NCBI RefSeq assembly: GCF_009914755.1 | Contig: NC_060933.1 | Strand: one strand, 5' to 3' | From: the human T2T-CHM13v2.0 reference genome, Homo sapiens | Length of the DNA: 64,000 nt | Shown: positions 28,201-42,059 of the stretch, piece after piece | Layout of the letters: every line of letters starts with the position of its first letter | How positions within the stretch are numbered: position 1 is the first letter of the stretch | Notes under the pieces: model-generated | What the model was told of the DNA's origin: nothing | Database searches by the model: none | Seen by the model: only the letters and a program-made list of their open reading frames with translations | Position numbers and translations under genes: made by a program

Positions 28201-31200
28201 ATTCCATTCCCTTCCACTCCGTTCCGTTCCGTTCCGTTCTGTTCCGTTCCATTCCATTCTATTCGGGTTAATTCCATTCCATTCCATTCGATTGCAATCG
28301 AGTTGATTCCATTCCATTCCATTCCATTCCATTCCATTCCATTCCTTTCCATTCCATTACGGATGATTCCATTCCATTGCATTCCATTCCATTCCATTCC
28401 CCTGTACTCGGGTTGATTCCATTCCATTCCATTCCAATCCATGCCATTCCACTCGTGTTGATTCCATTCTTCCCATTCCATTCAAGTTGAATCCATTCCA
28501 TTGCATTCCAATCCATTCCATTCCCCTGCAGTCGGGTTTATTTCATTCCATTCCATTCCATTCCATTCCATTCCATTCCATTCCATTCCATTGCGTTCCG
28601 TTCCATTCCATTCCATTCCATTCTATTCGGGTTAATTCCATTCCATTCCATTACAATCGAGTTGATTCCATTCCATTCCATTCCATTCCAGTCCTTTCCA
28701 TACCATTCCTCTCGTGTTGATTCCATTCTATTAGTTTCCATTCCATTCCATTCCCTTTCATTCCACTCTGGTTGATTCCATTCCTTTCCATTCCACTCGA
28801 ATACATTCCCTCCTATTCCACTCGGAACGATTCCATTCCATTCCATTCCATTCCATTCCATTCCATTCCATTCCATTCCATTCCATTTCGTTCCATTCCA
28901 TTCTATTCCGTATCATTCCATTCCATTCCATTCCATTCCATTCCATTCCATTCCATTCCATTCCATTGTACTCGGGTTGATTCAATTCCATTGCATTCAA
29001 TTCCATTCCATTCCATTCCATTCCATTCCGTTGCATTCCATTCCATTACATTCGGATTGATTCTATTCAACTCCTTTACTCTCCATTACATTCCATTCCA
29101 TTCGGGTTGTTCCATTCCATTCCATTCCATTCCACTCCATTCCATTGCACTCGGGTTGAATCCACTCCATTCCATTCCAATCCATTCCATTCCGGATGAT
29201 TCCATTCCATTGCATTCCGTTCCATTACATTTCCCTGCACTCGCATTGATTCCATTCCATTCCATTCCATTCCATTCAATTCCATTCCATTACAATTAGT
29301 TCCATTCCATTCTATTCCGTACCATTCCATTCCATTCCATACCATTCCATTCTATTCCATTCCATTCCATTCCGTTCCATTCCGTTCCATTCCATTCCAT
29401 TCCATTTTATTCGAATTAATTCCATTCCATTCCATTCCATTCCATTCTATTCCATTCCATTGCAATCGAGTTGAATCCATTGCATTTCATTCCATTCCAT
29501 CCCATTCCATTGCATTCCGGAAGATTCCATTCCTTTGCATTCCATTCCATTCCATTCCCCTGCACTCGCGTTGATTCCATTCCATTCCATTCCATTCCAT
29601 TCCATTCCATTCCATTCCGTTCCGTTCCATTCCATTCCATTCCATTCCATTCCATTCCATTCCTTTCCGTTCCGTTCCATTCCATTCCATTCTATTCGTG
29701 TTAATTCCATTCCATTCCATTCGATTGCAATCGAGTTGATTCCATTCCATTCCATTCCATTCCATTCCATTCCATTCCATTCCTTTCCATTCCATTACCG
29801 ATGATTCCATTCCATTGCACTCCATTCCATTCCATTCCCCTGTACTCGTGTTGATTCCATTCCATTCCATTCCAATCCATGCCATTCCACTCGTGTTGAT
29901 TCCATTCTTTCCATTCCATTCAAGTTGAATCCATTCCATTGCATTCCATTCCATTCGATTCCATTCGATTGCACTCGGGTTGATTCCATTCCATTGCATT
30001 CCATTCCATTCCATTCCATTCCGTTCCATTCCATTCCATTACATTCGGATTGATTCTATTCAATTCCCTTACACTCCATTACATTCCATTCCATTTGGGT
30101 AGTTTCCATTCCATTCCATTCCATTCCTCTCCATTCCATTGCACTCGGGTTGATTCCATTCCATTGCTTTCCATTCCATTCCATTCAATTCCATTCCGTT
30201 CCATTCCGTTCCATTACATTCGGATTGATTCTATTCAACTCCCTTACTCTCCATTACATTCCATTCCATTCGAGTTGTTCCATTCCATTCCATTCCATTC
30301 CACTCCATTCCATAGCACTCGGGTTCATTCCATTCCATTCCATTCCATTCCATTCCATTCCATTCCATTCCGGAAGATTCCATTCCATTGCATTCCATTC
30401 CAATCCATTCCCCTGCACTTGGGTTGATTCCATTCCTTTCCATTCTATTCCATTCCATTCCCTTCCTTTCCGTTCCACTCCATTCCATTCCATTCCATTC
30501 CATTCCATTCCATTCCATTCCGTTCCGTTCCGTTCCGTTCCGTTCCGTTCCGTTCCATTCCATTCGATTCCATTCTATTCGGGTTAATTGCATTCCATTC
30601 CATTCGATTGCAATCGAGTTGATTCCATTCCATTCCATTCCATTCCATTCCATTCCTTTCCATTCCATTACGGATGATTCCATTCCATTGCATTCCATTC
30701 CATTCCATTCCCCTATACTCGGGTTGATTCCATTCCATTCCATTCCAATCCATGCCATTTCACTCGTGTTGATTCCATTCTTTCCATTCCATTCAAGTTG
30801 AATCCATTCCATTGTATTCCATTCCATTCGATTCCATTCGATTGCACTCGGGTTGATTCCATTCCATTGCATTCCATTCCATTCCATTCCAATCCATTCC
30901 ATTCCATTCCGTTCCATTCCATTTCATTACATTCAGATTGATTCTATTCAATTCCCTTACACTCCTTTATATTCCAATCCATTCTGGGTGTCTCCATTCC
31001 ATTCCATTCCATTTCACTCCATTCCATTGCACTCGGGTTGATTCCATTACATTCCATTCCATTGCATTCCATTCCATTCCATTCCGGATGATTCCATTCC
31101 ATTCCATTTCACTCCATTCCATTGCACTCGGGTTGATTCCATTACATTCCATTCCATTGCATTCCATTCCATTCCATTCCGGATGATTCCATTCCATTGC

Positions 31201-34200
31201 ATTGCATTCCATTGCATTCCCCTGCACTCTGGTTGACTCCATTCCATTCCATTACATTACATTCCGTACCATTCCATTCCATTCCATTCGGATTGATTCT
31301 ATTCAATTCCCTTACACTCCATTACATTCCATTCCATTCGGGTAGTTTCCATACCATTCCATTCCATTCCTCTCCATTCCATTGCACTCGGGTTGATTCC
31401 ATTCCATTCCATTCCATTCCATTACATTACATTACATTACATTCCATTCCGTTCCATTGTACTCGGGTTGATTCCATTCCATTGCATTGCATTCCATTCC
31501 ATTCCATTCCATTCCATTCCATTCCATTCCGTTCCATTCCATTACATTCGGATTGATTCTATTCAACTCCCTTACTCTCCATTACATTCCATTCCATTCG
31601 GGTTGTTCCATTCCATTCCATTCCATTCCACTCCATTCCATTGCGCTCGGGTTGATTCCATTCCATTCCATTCCATTCCATTCCATTCCATTCCGGATGA
31701 TTCCATTCCATTGCATTCCGTTCCATTTCATTCCCCTGCACTCGGGTTGATTCCATTCCATTCCATGCCATTCCCTTCCATTCGATTCCATTCCATTCCA
31801 ATTCTTTCCATTCCATTCTATTCCGTACCATTCCATTCCATTCCATACAATTCCATTCCATTCCATTCCACTCCTTTCCGTTCCGTTCCGTTCTGTTCCG
31901 TTCCATTCCATTCCATTCCATTCTATTCGGTTTAATTCCATTCCATTCCATTCCATTCCATTCCATTCCATTCTATTCCATTCCATTGCAATCGAGTTGA
32001 ATCCATTGCATTCCATTCCATTCCACTCCATTCCATTCCATTCCGGAAGATTCCATTCCATTGCATTCCATTCCATTCCATTCCATTCCATTCCATTCCA
32101 TTCCATTCCATTCCATTCCATTCCATTCCATTCCATTGTACTCGGGTTGATTCCATTCCATTGCATTGCATTCCATTCCATTCCATTCCATTCCATTCCA
32201 TTCCATTCCATTCCGTTCCATTCCATTCCATTACATTCGGATTGATTCTTTTCAACTCCCTTACTCTCCATTACATTCCATTCCATTCGGGTTGTTCCAT
32301 TCCATTCCACTCCATTCCATTGCACTCGGGTTGATTCCATTCCATTCCATTCCATTCCATTCCGGATGATTCCATTCCATTGCATTCCGTTCCATTACAT
32401 TCCCCTGCACTCGTGTTGATTCCATTCCATTCCTTTCCATTCCATTCGATTCCATTCCATTCCCCTGCACTCGCGTTGATTCCATTCCATTCCATTCCAT
32501 TCCATTCCTTTCCGTTCCATTCCATTCCATTCCATTCCATTCCGTTCCGTTCCATTCCATTCCATTCCATTCCGTTCCGTTCCATTCCATTCCATTCTAT
32601 TCGGGTTAATTCCATTCCATACCATTCGATTGCAATCGATTTGATTCCCTTCCATTCCATTCCATTCCATTCCATTCCATTCCATTCGATTCCAGTCCTT
32701 TCCATTCCTTTCCATTCCATTACTGATGATTCCATTCCATTGCATTCCATTCCATTCCATTCCCCTGTACTCGGGTTGATTCCATTCCATTCCATTCCAA
32801 TCCATGCCATTCCACTCGTGTTGATTCCATTCTTTCCTTTCCATTCAAGTTGAATCCATTCCATTGCATTCCATTCCATTCGATTCCATTCGATTGCACT
32901 CGGGTTGATTCCATTCCATTGCATTCCATTCCATTCCATTCCATTCCGTTCCATTCCATTTCATTACATTCAGATTGATTCTATTCAATTCCCTTACACT
33001 CCATTATATTCCAATCCATTCTGGTTGTTTTCATTCCATTCCATTCCATTTCACTGCATTCCATTGCACTCGGGTTGATTCCATTCCATTCCATTCCATT
33101 GCATTCCATTCCATTCCATTCCGGATGATTCCATTCCATTGCATTCCATTCCATTCCATTCCCCTGCACTCGGGTTGATTCCATTCCATTCCATTCCATT
33201 ACATTCCGTTCCATTCCATTCCATTCCATTCGGATTGATTCTGTTCAATTCCCTTACACTCCATTACATTCCATTCCATTAGGGTAGTTTCCATTCCATT
33301 CCATTCCATTCCTCTCCATTCCATTGCACTTGGGTTGATTCCATTCCATTCCATTCCATTACATTACATTACATTACATTCCGTTCTTTTGTACTCGGGT
33401 TGATTCCATTCCATTGCATTCCATTGCATTCCATTCCATTCCATTCCATTCCATTCCATTCCATTCCGTTCCATTCCATTACATTCGGATTGATCCTATT
33501 CAACTCCCTTACTCTCCATTACATTCCATTCCATTCGGGTTGTTCCATTCCATTCCATTCCATTCCACTCCATTCCATTGCACTCGGGTTGATTCCATTC
33601 CATTCCATTCCATTCCATTCCATTCCATTCCATTCCGGATGATTCCATTCCATTGCATTCCGTTCCATTACATTCCCCTGCACTCGGGTTGATTCCATTC
33701 CATTCCATTCCATTCGATTCCATTCCATTCCAATTCTTTCCATTCCATTCTATTCCGTACCATGCCATTCGATTCCATACAATTCCATTCCATTCCATTC
33801 CACTCCGTTCCGTTCCGTTCCGTTCCGTTCCATTCCATTCCATTCCATTCCATTCTATTCGGGTTAATTCCATTCCATTCCATTCGATTGCAATCGAGTT
33901 GATTCCATTCCATTCCATTCCTTTCCATTCCATTCCATTCCTTTCCATTCCATTACGGATGATTCCATTCCATTCCATTCCATTCCATTCCATTCCATTC
34001 CCCTGTACTCGGGTTGATTCCATTCCATTCCATTCCAATCCATGCCATTCCACTCGTGTTGATTCCATTCTTTCCATTCCATTCAAGTTGAATCCATTCC
34101 ATTGCCTTCCATTCCATTCCATTCCCCTGCAGTCGGGTTGATTCCATTCCATTCCATTCCATTCCATTACATTCCATTCCATTCCGTTCCATTCCATTAC

Positions 34201-37200
34201 ATTCGGATTGATTCTATTCAACTCCCTTACTCTCCATTACATTCCATTCCATTCGGGTTGTTCCATTCCATTCCATTCCATTCCACTCCATTCTATTCCA
34301 TTCCATTGCAATCGAGTTGAATCTATTGCATTTCATTCCATTCCATTCCATTCCATTCCATTCCGGAAGTTTCCATTCCATTGCATTCCATTCCATTCCA
34401 TTCCCCTGCACTCGCGTTGATTCCATTCCATTCCATTCCATTCCATTCCGTTCCGTTCCATTCCATTCCATTCCATTCCGTTCCATTCCATTCCATTCCA
34501 TTCTATTCGGGTTAATTCCATTCCATTCCATTCGATTGCAATCGAGTTGATTCCATTCCATTCCATTCCATTCCATTCCATTCCATTCCATTCCTTTCCA
34601 TTCCATTACGGATGATTCCATTCCATTGCATTCCATTCCATTCCATTCCCCTGTACTCGGGTTGATTCCATTCCATTCCATTCCAATCCATGCCATTCCA
34701 CTCGTGTTGATTCCATTCTTTCCATTCCATTCAAGTTGAATCCATTCCATTGCCTTCCATTCCATTCCATTCCCCTGCAGTCGGGTTGATTCCATTCCAT
34801 TCCATTCCATTCCATTCCGTTCAATTCCATTCCATTCCATTCCATTCTATTCGGGTTAATTCCATTCCATTCCATTCCATTCCATTCCATTCCATTCCAT
34901 TCCAATCGAGTTGAATCCATTCCATTCCATTCCGTTCCACTCCATTCCAGTCCTTTCCATTCCATTCCACTCGGGTTGATTCCAATGTATTCCTTTCCAT
35001 TCCATTCCATTCCATTGCAATCAAGTTGATTCCATTGCTTTGCATTCCATTCCATTCCATTCCATTCCGGATGATTCCATTCCATTGCATTCCATTCCAT
35101 TCCATTCCCCTGCACTCGGGTTGATTCCATTCCACTCCACTCCATTCCGTTCCATTCCATTCCATTCCATTGTATTCGGCTTAATTCCATTTCATTCCAT
35201 TCCATTCCATTCCATTCCATTACAATCGAGTTGATTCCATTCCATTCCATTCCATTCCAGTCCTTTCCATTCCATTCCACTCGGGTGGATTCCATTCTAT
35301 TAGTTTCCATTCCATTCCATTCCCTTCCATTCCACTCTGGTTGATTCCATTCCTTTCCATTCCACTCGAATACATTCCCTCCTATTCCACTCGGAACGAT
35401 TCCATTCCATTCCATTCCATTCCATTCCATTCCATTCCATTCCATTGTACTCGGGTTGATTCAATTCCATTGCATTCCATTCCATTCCATTCCATTCCAT
35501 TCCGTTGCACTCCATTCCATTACATTCGGATTGATTCTATTAAACTCCCTTACTCTCCATTACATTCCATTCCATTCGGGTTGTTCCATTCCATTCCATT
35601 CCATTCCACTCCATTCCATTGCACTCGCGTTGATTCCATTCCATTCCATTCCATTCCGGATGATTCCATTCCACTGCATTCCGTTCCATTAGATTCCCCT
35701 GCACTCGCGTTGATTCCATTCCATTCCATTCCATTCCATTCAATTCCATTCCATTACAATTCGTTCTATTCCATTCTATTCCGTACCATTCCATTCCATT
35801 CCATACCATTCCATTCCATTCCATTCCGTTCCATTCCATTCCATTCTATTCGGATTAATTCCATTCCATTCCATTCCATTCCATTCTATTCCATTCCATT
35901 GCAATCGAGTTGAATCCATTGCATTTCATTCCATTCCATTCCATTCCATTCCATTCCATTCCTTTCCATTCCGGAAGATTCCATTCCATTGCATTCCATT
36001 TCATTCCATTCCCCTGCACTCGCGTTGATTCCATTCCATTCCATTCCATTCCATTCCATTCCATTCCATTCCATTCCATTCCGTTCCGTTCCATTCCATT
36101 CCATTCCATTCTATTCGGGTTAATTCCATTCCATTCCATTCGATTGCAATCGAGTTGATTCCATTCCATTCCATTCCATTCCATTCCATTCCATTCCTTT
36201 CCATTCCATTACGGATGATTCCATTCCATTGCATTCCATTCCCTTCCATTCCCCTGTACTCGGGTTCATTCCATTCCATTCCATTCCATTCCAATCCATG
36301 CCATTCCACTCGTGTTGATTCCATTCTTTCGATTCCATTCAAGTTGAATCCATTCCATTGCATTCCATTCCATTCGCTTCCATTCGATTGCACTCGGGTT
36401 GATTCCATTCCATTGCATTCCATTCCATTCCATTCCATTCCATTCCGTTCCATTCCATTCCATTACATTCGGATTGATTCTATTCAATTCCCTTACACTC
36501 CATTACATTCCATTCCATTCGGGTAGATTCCATTCCATTCCATTCCATTCCTCTCCCTTCCATTGCACTCGGGTTGATTCCATTCCATTGCATTCCTTTC
36601 CATTCCATTCAATTCCATTCCGTTCCATTCCATTCCATTATATTCGGATTTATTCTATTCAACTCCCTTACTCTCCATTACATTCCATTCCATTCGGGTT
36701 GTTCCATTCCATTCCATTCCATTCCACTCCATTCCATTGCACTCGGGTTGATTCCATTCCATTCCATTCCATTCCGGAAGATTCCATTCCATTGCATTCC
36801 ATTCCATTCCATTCCCCTGCACTCGCGTTGATTCCATTCCATTCCATTCTATTCCATTCCATTCCCTTCCTTTCCGTTCCATTCCATTCCATTCCATTCC
36901 ATTCCGTTCCGTTCCATTCCATTCCATTCCATTCTATTCGGGTTAATTCCATTCCATTCCATTCAATTGCAATCGAGTTGATTCCATTCCATTCCATTCC
37001 ATTCCATTCCATTCCTTTCCATTCCATTACGGATGATTCCATTCCATTGCATTCCATTCCATTCCATTCCCCTGTACTCGGGTTGATTCCATTCCATTGC
37101 ATTCCAATCCATGCCCTTCCACTCTTGTTGATTCCATTCTTTCCATTCCATTCAAGTTGAATCCATTCCATTGCATTCCATTCCATTCGATTCCATTCGA

Positions 37201-40200
37201 TTGCACTCGGGTTGATTCCATTCCATTGCATTCCATTCCATTCCATTCCATTCCATTCCATTCCATTCCGTTCCATTCCATTCCATTACATTCGGATTGA
37301 TTCTATTCAATTCCCTTACACTCCATTACATTCCATTCCATTCGGGTAGTTTCCATTCCATTCCATTCCATTCCTCTCCATTCCATTGAACTCGGGTTGA
37401 TTCCATTCCATTGCATTCCATTCCATTCCATTCAATTCCATTCCGTTCCATTCCATTCCATTACATTCGGATTGATTCTATTCAACTCCCTTACTCTCCA
37501 TTACATTCCATTCCATTCGGGTTGTTCCAATCCATTCCATTCCATTCCACTCCATTCCATTGCACTCGGGTTTATTCCATTCCATTCCATTCCATTCCAT
37601 TCCATTCCATTCCATTCCGGAAGATTCCATTCCATTGCATTCCATTCCATTCCATTCCCCTGCACTCGCGTTGATTCCATTCCATTCCATTCCATTCCAT
37701 TCCATTCCATTCCATTCCTTTCCGTTCCATTCCATTCCATTCCATTCCATTCCATTCCATTCCGTTCCGTTCCGTTCCATTCCATTCCATTCCATTCTAT
37801 TCGGGTTAATTCCATTCCATTCCATTCGATTGCAATCGAGTTGATTCCATTCCATTCCATTCCATTCCATTCCATTCCATTCCATTCCTTTCCATTCCAT
37901 TACGGATGATTCCATTCCATTGCATTCCATTCCATTCCATTCCCCTGTACTCGGGTTGATTCCATTCCATTCCATTCCAATCCATGCCATTCCACTCGTG
38001 TTGATTCCATTCTTTCCATTCCATTCAAGTTGAATCCATTCCATTGCATTCCATTCCATTCGATTCCATTCGAATGCACTCGGGTTGATTCCATTCCATT
38101 GCATTCCATTCCATTCCAATCCATTCCATTCCATTCCATTCCATTCCGTTCCATTCCATTCCATTCCATTCCATTCCATTCCGTTCCATTCCATTCCATT
38201 ACATTCGGATTGATACTATTCAATTCCCTTACACTCCATTACATTCCATTCCATTCGGGTAGTTTCCATTCCATTCCATTCCATTCCTCTCCATTCCATT
38301 GAACTCGGGTTGATTCCATTCCATTGCATTCCATTCCATTCCATTCAATTCCATTCTGTTCCATTCCATTCCATTACATTCGGATTGATTCTATTCAACT
38401 CCCTTACTCTCCGTTACATTCCATTCCATTCGGGTTGTTCCATTCCATTCCATTCCATTCCACTCCATTCCATTGCACTCGGGTTTATTCCATTCCATTC
38501 CATTCCATTCCATTCCATTCCATTCCGTTCCATTCCGGAAGATTCCATTACATTGCATTCCATTCCATTCCATTCCCCTGCACTCGCGTTGATTCCATTC
38601 CATTCCATTCCATTCCATTCCCTTCAATTCCATTCCTTTCCGTTCCATTCCATTCCATTCCATTCCATTCCGTTCCGTTCCGTTCCATGCCATTCCATTC
38701 CATACTATTCGGGTTAATTCCATTCCATTCCATTCGATTGCAATCGAGTTGATTCCATTCCATTCCATTCCATTCCATTCCATTCCATTCCATTCCTTTC
38801 CATTCCATTACGGATGATTCCATTCCATTGCATTCCATTCCATTCCATTCCCCTGTACTCGGGTTGATTCCATTCCATTCCATTCCAATCCATGCCATTC
38901 CACTCCTGTTGATTCCATTCTTTCCATTCCATTCAAGTTGAATCCATTCCATTGCATTCCATTCCATTCGATTCCATTCGATTGCACTCGGGTTGATTCC
39001 ATTCCATTGCATTCCATTCCATTCCATTACATTCCATTCCATTCCGTTCCATTCCATTTCATTACATTCAGATTGATTCTATTCAATTCCCTTACACTCC
39101 ATTATATTCCAGTCCATTCTGGTTGTCTCCATTCCATTCCATTCCATTTCACTCCATTCCATTGCGCTCAGGTTGATTCCATTCCATTCCATTCCATTCC
39201 ATTCCATTCCATTCCATTCCATTCCGGATGATTCCATTCCATTGCATTCCGTTCCATTACATTCCCCTGCACTCGGGTTGATTCCATTCCATTCCATTCC
39301 ATTCGATTCCATTCCATTCCAATTCTTTCCATTCCATTCTATTCCGTACCATTCCATTCCATTCCATACAATTCCATTCCATTCCATTCCACTCCTTTCC
39401 GTTCCGTTCTGTTCTGTTCCGTTCCATTCCATTCCATTCCATTCTATTCGGTTTAATTGCATTCCATTCCATTCCATTCCATTCCATTCCATTCTATTCC
39501 ATTCCATTGCAATCGAGTTGAATCCATTGCATTCCATTCCATTCCATTCCATTCCGGAAGATTCCATTCCATTGCATTCCATTCCATTCCATTCCATTCC
39601 ATTCCATTCCATTCCATTCCATTGTACTCGGGTTCATTCCATTCCATTGCATTCTATTCCATTCCATTCCATTCCATTCCATTCCGTTCCATTCCATTCC
39701 ATTACATTCGGATTGATTCTTTTCAACTCCCTTACTGTCCATTACATTCCATTCCATTCGGGTTGTTCCATTCCATTCCATTCCATTCCACTCCATTCCA
39801 TTGCACTCGGGTTTACTCCATTCCATTCCATTCCATTCCATTCCGGATGATTCCATTCCGTTGCAATCCGTTCTATTACATTCCCCTGCACTCGGGTTGA
39901 TTCCATTCCATTCCTTTCCATTCCATTCGATTCCATTCCATTCCCCTACACTCGCGTTGATTCCATTCCATTCCATTCCATTCCATTCCATTCCATTCCA
40001 TTCCTTTCCGTTCCATTCCATTCCATTCCATTCCATTCCATTCCATTCCGTTCCGTTCCCTTCCATTGCATTCCATTCTATTCGGGTTAATTCCATTCCA
40101 TTCTATTCGATTGCAATCGAGTTGATTCCATTCCATTCCATTCCATTCCATTCCATTCCAGTCCTTTCCATTCCTTTCCATTCCATTACTGATGATTCCA

Positions 40201-41800
40201 TTGCATTGCATTCCATTCCATTCCATTCCCCTGTGCTCGGGTTGATTCCATTCCATTCCATTCCAATCCATGCCATTCCACTCGTGTTGATTCCATTCTT
40301 TCCTTTCCATTCAAGTTGAATCCATTCCATTGCATTCCATTCCATTCGATTCCATTCGATTGCACTCGGGTTGATTCCATTCCATTGCATTCCATTCCAT
40401 TCCATTACATTCCATTCCTTTCCATTCCATTTCATTACATTCAGATTGATTCTATTCAATTCCCTTACACTCCATTATATTCCAATCCATTCTGGTTGTT
40501 TCCATTCCATTCCATTCCATTTCACTCCATTCCATTGCACTCGGGTTGATTCCATTCCATTCCATTCCACTGCATTCCATTCCATTCCATTCCGGATGAT
40601 TCCATTCCGTTGCATTCCATTCCATTCCATTCCCCTGTACTCGGGTTGATTCCATTCCATTCCATTCCATTACATTCCGTTCCATTCCATTCCATTCCAT
40701 TTGGATTGTTTCTATTCAATTCCCTTACACTCCATTACATTCCATTCCATTCGGGTAGTTTCCATTCCATTCCATTCCATTCCTCTCCATTCCATTGCAC
40801 TCGGGTTGATTCCATTCCATTCCATTCCATTCCATTCCATTCCATTACATTACATGACATTACATTCCGTTCCATTGTACTCGGGTTGATTCCATTCCAT
40901 TGCATTCCATTCCATTCCGTTCCATTCCATTACATTCGGATTGATTCTATTCAACTCCCTTACTCTCCATTACATTCCATTCCATTCGGGTTGTTCCATT
41001 CCATTCCATTCCATTCCACTCCATTCCATTGCACTCGGGTTGATTCCATTCCATTCCATTCCATTCCATTCCATTCCATTCCGGATGATTCCATTGCATT
41101 CCGTTCCGTTACATTCCCCTGCACTCGAGTTGATTCCATTCCATTCCATTCCATTCCATTCGATTCCATTCCATTCCAATTCTTTCCATTCCATTGTATT
41201 CCGTACCATGCCATTCCATTCCATACAATTCCATTCCATTCCATTCCACTCCGTTCCGTTCCGTTCCGTTCCGTTCCGTTCCGTTCCATTCCATTCCATT
41301 CCATTCTATTCGGGTTAATTCCATTCCATTCCATTCGATTGCAATCGAGTTGATTCCATTCCATTCGATTCCATTCCATTCCATTCCATTCCATTCCATT
41401 CCTTTCCATTCCATTACGGATGATTCCATTCCATTGCATTCCATTCCATTCCATTCCCCTGTACTCGGGTTGATTCCATTCCATTCCATTCCATTCCAGT
41501 CCTTTCCATTCCATTCCAGTCGGGTTGATTCCATTCTATTAGTTTCCATTCCATTCCATTCCCTTCCATTCCACTCTGGTTGATTCCATTCCTTTCCATT
41601 CCACTCGAAAACATTCCCTCCTTTCCACTCGGAACATTTCCATTCCATTCCATTCCATTCCATTCCATTCCATTTCGTTCCATTCCATTCTATTCCGTAA
41701 CATTCCATTCCATTCCATTCTATTCCATTCCATTAAATTCCATTCCATTCCATTCCATTCCATTGTACTAGGGTTGATTCCATTCCATTGCATTCCATTC
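22300..41800 (+). repeat. Degenerate ~6-6.5 kb higher-order periodicity (about three rearranged copies)
   Basis: CTCGAA(T/A)ACATTCCCTCC at 22382, 28796, 35365, 41604 (spacings 6414, 6569, 6239). ATTATATTCC-type module pairs at 25081/26913, 30966/33003, 39101/40474. TACTGATGA at ~26621, 32721, 40187. Confidence 0.6.
36340..38934 (+). repeat. Tandem trimer of the ~0.85 kb basic monomer
   Basis: CAAGTTGAA at 36340, 37153, 38026, 38934 (813, 873, 908 bp), with the same module order in each copy. Confidence 0.85.
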
Positions 41801-42059
41801 CATTCCAGTCCATTCCGTTCCATTCCATTCCATTACATTCGGATTGATTCTATTCAATTCCCTTACACTCCATTACATTCCATTCCATTCGGGTAGTTTC
41901 CATTCCATTCCATTCCATGCCTCTCCATTCCATTGCACTCGGGTTGATTCCATTCCATTCCATTCCATTCCATTCCATTCCATTCCATTACGGATGATTC
42001 CATTCCATTGCATTACATTCCATTCCATTCCCCTGTACTCGGGCTGATTCCATTCCATT

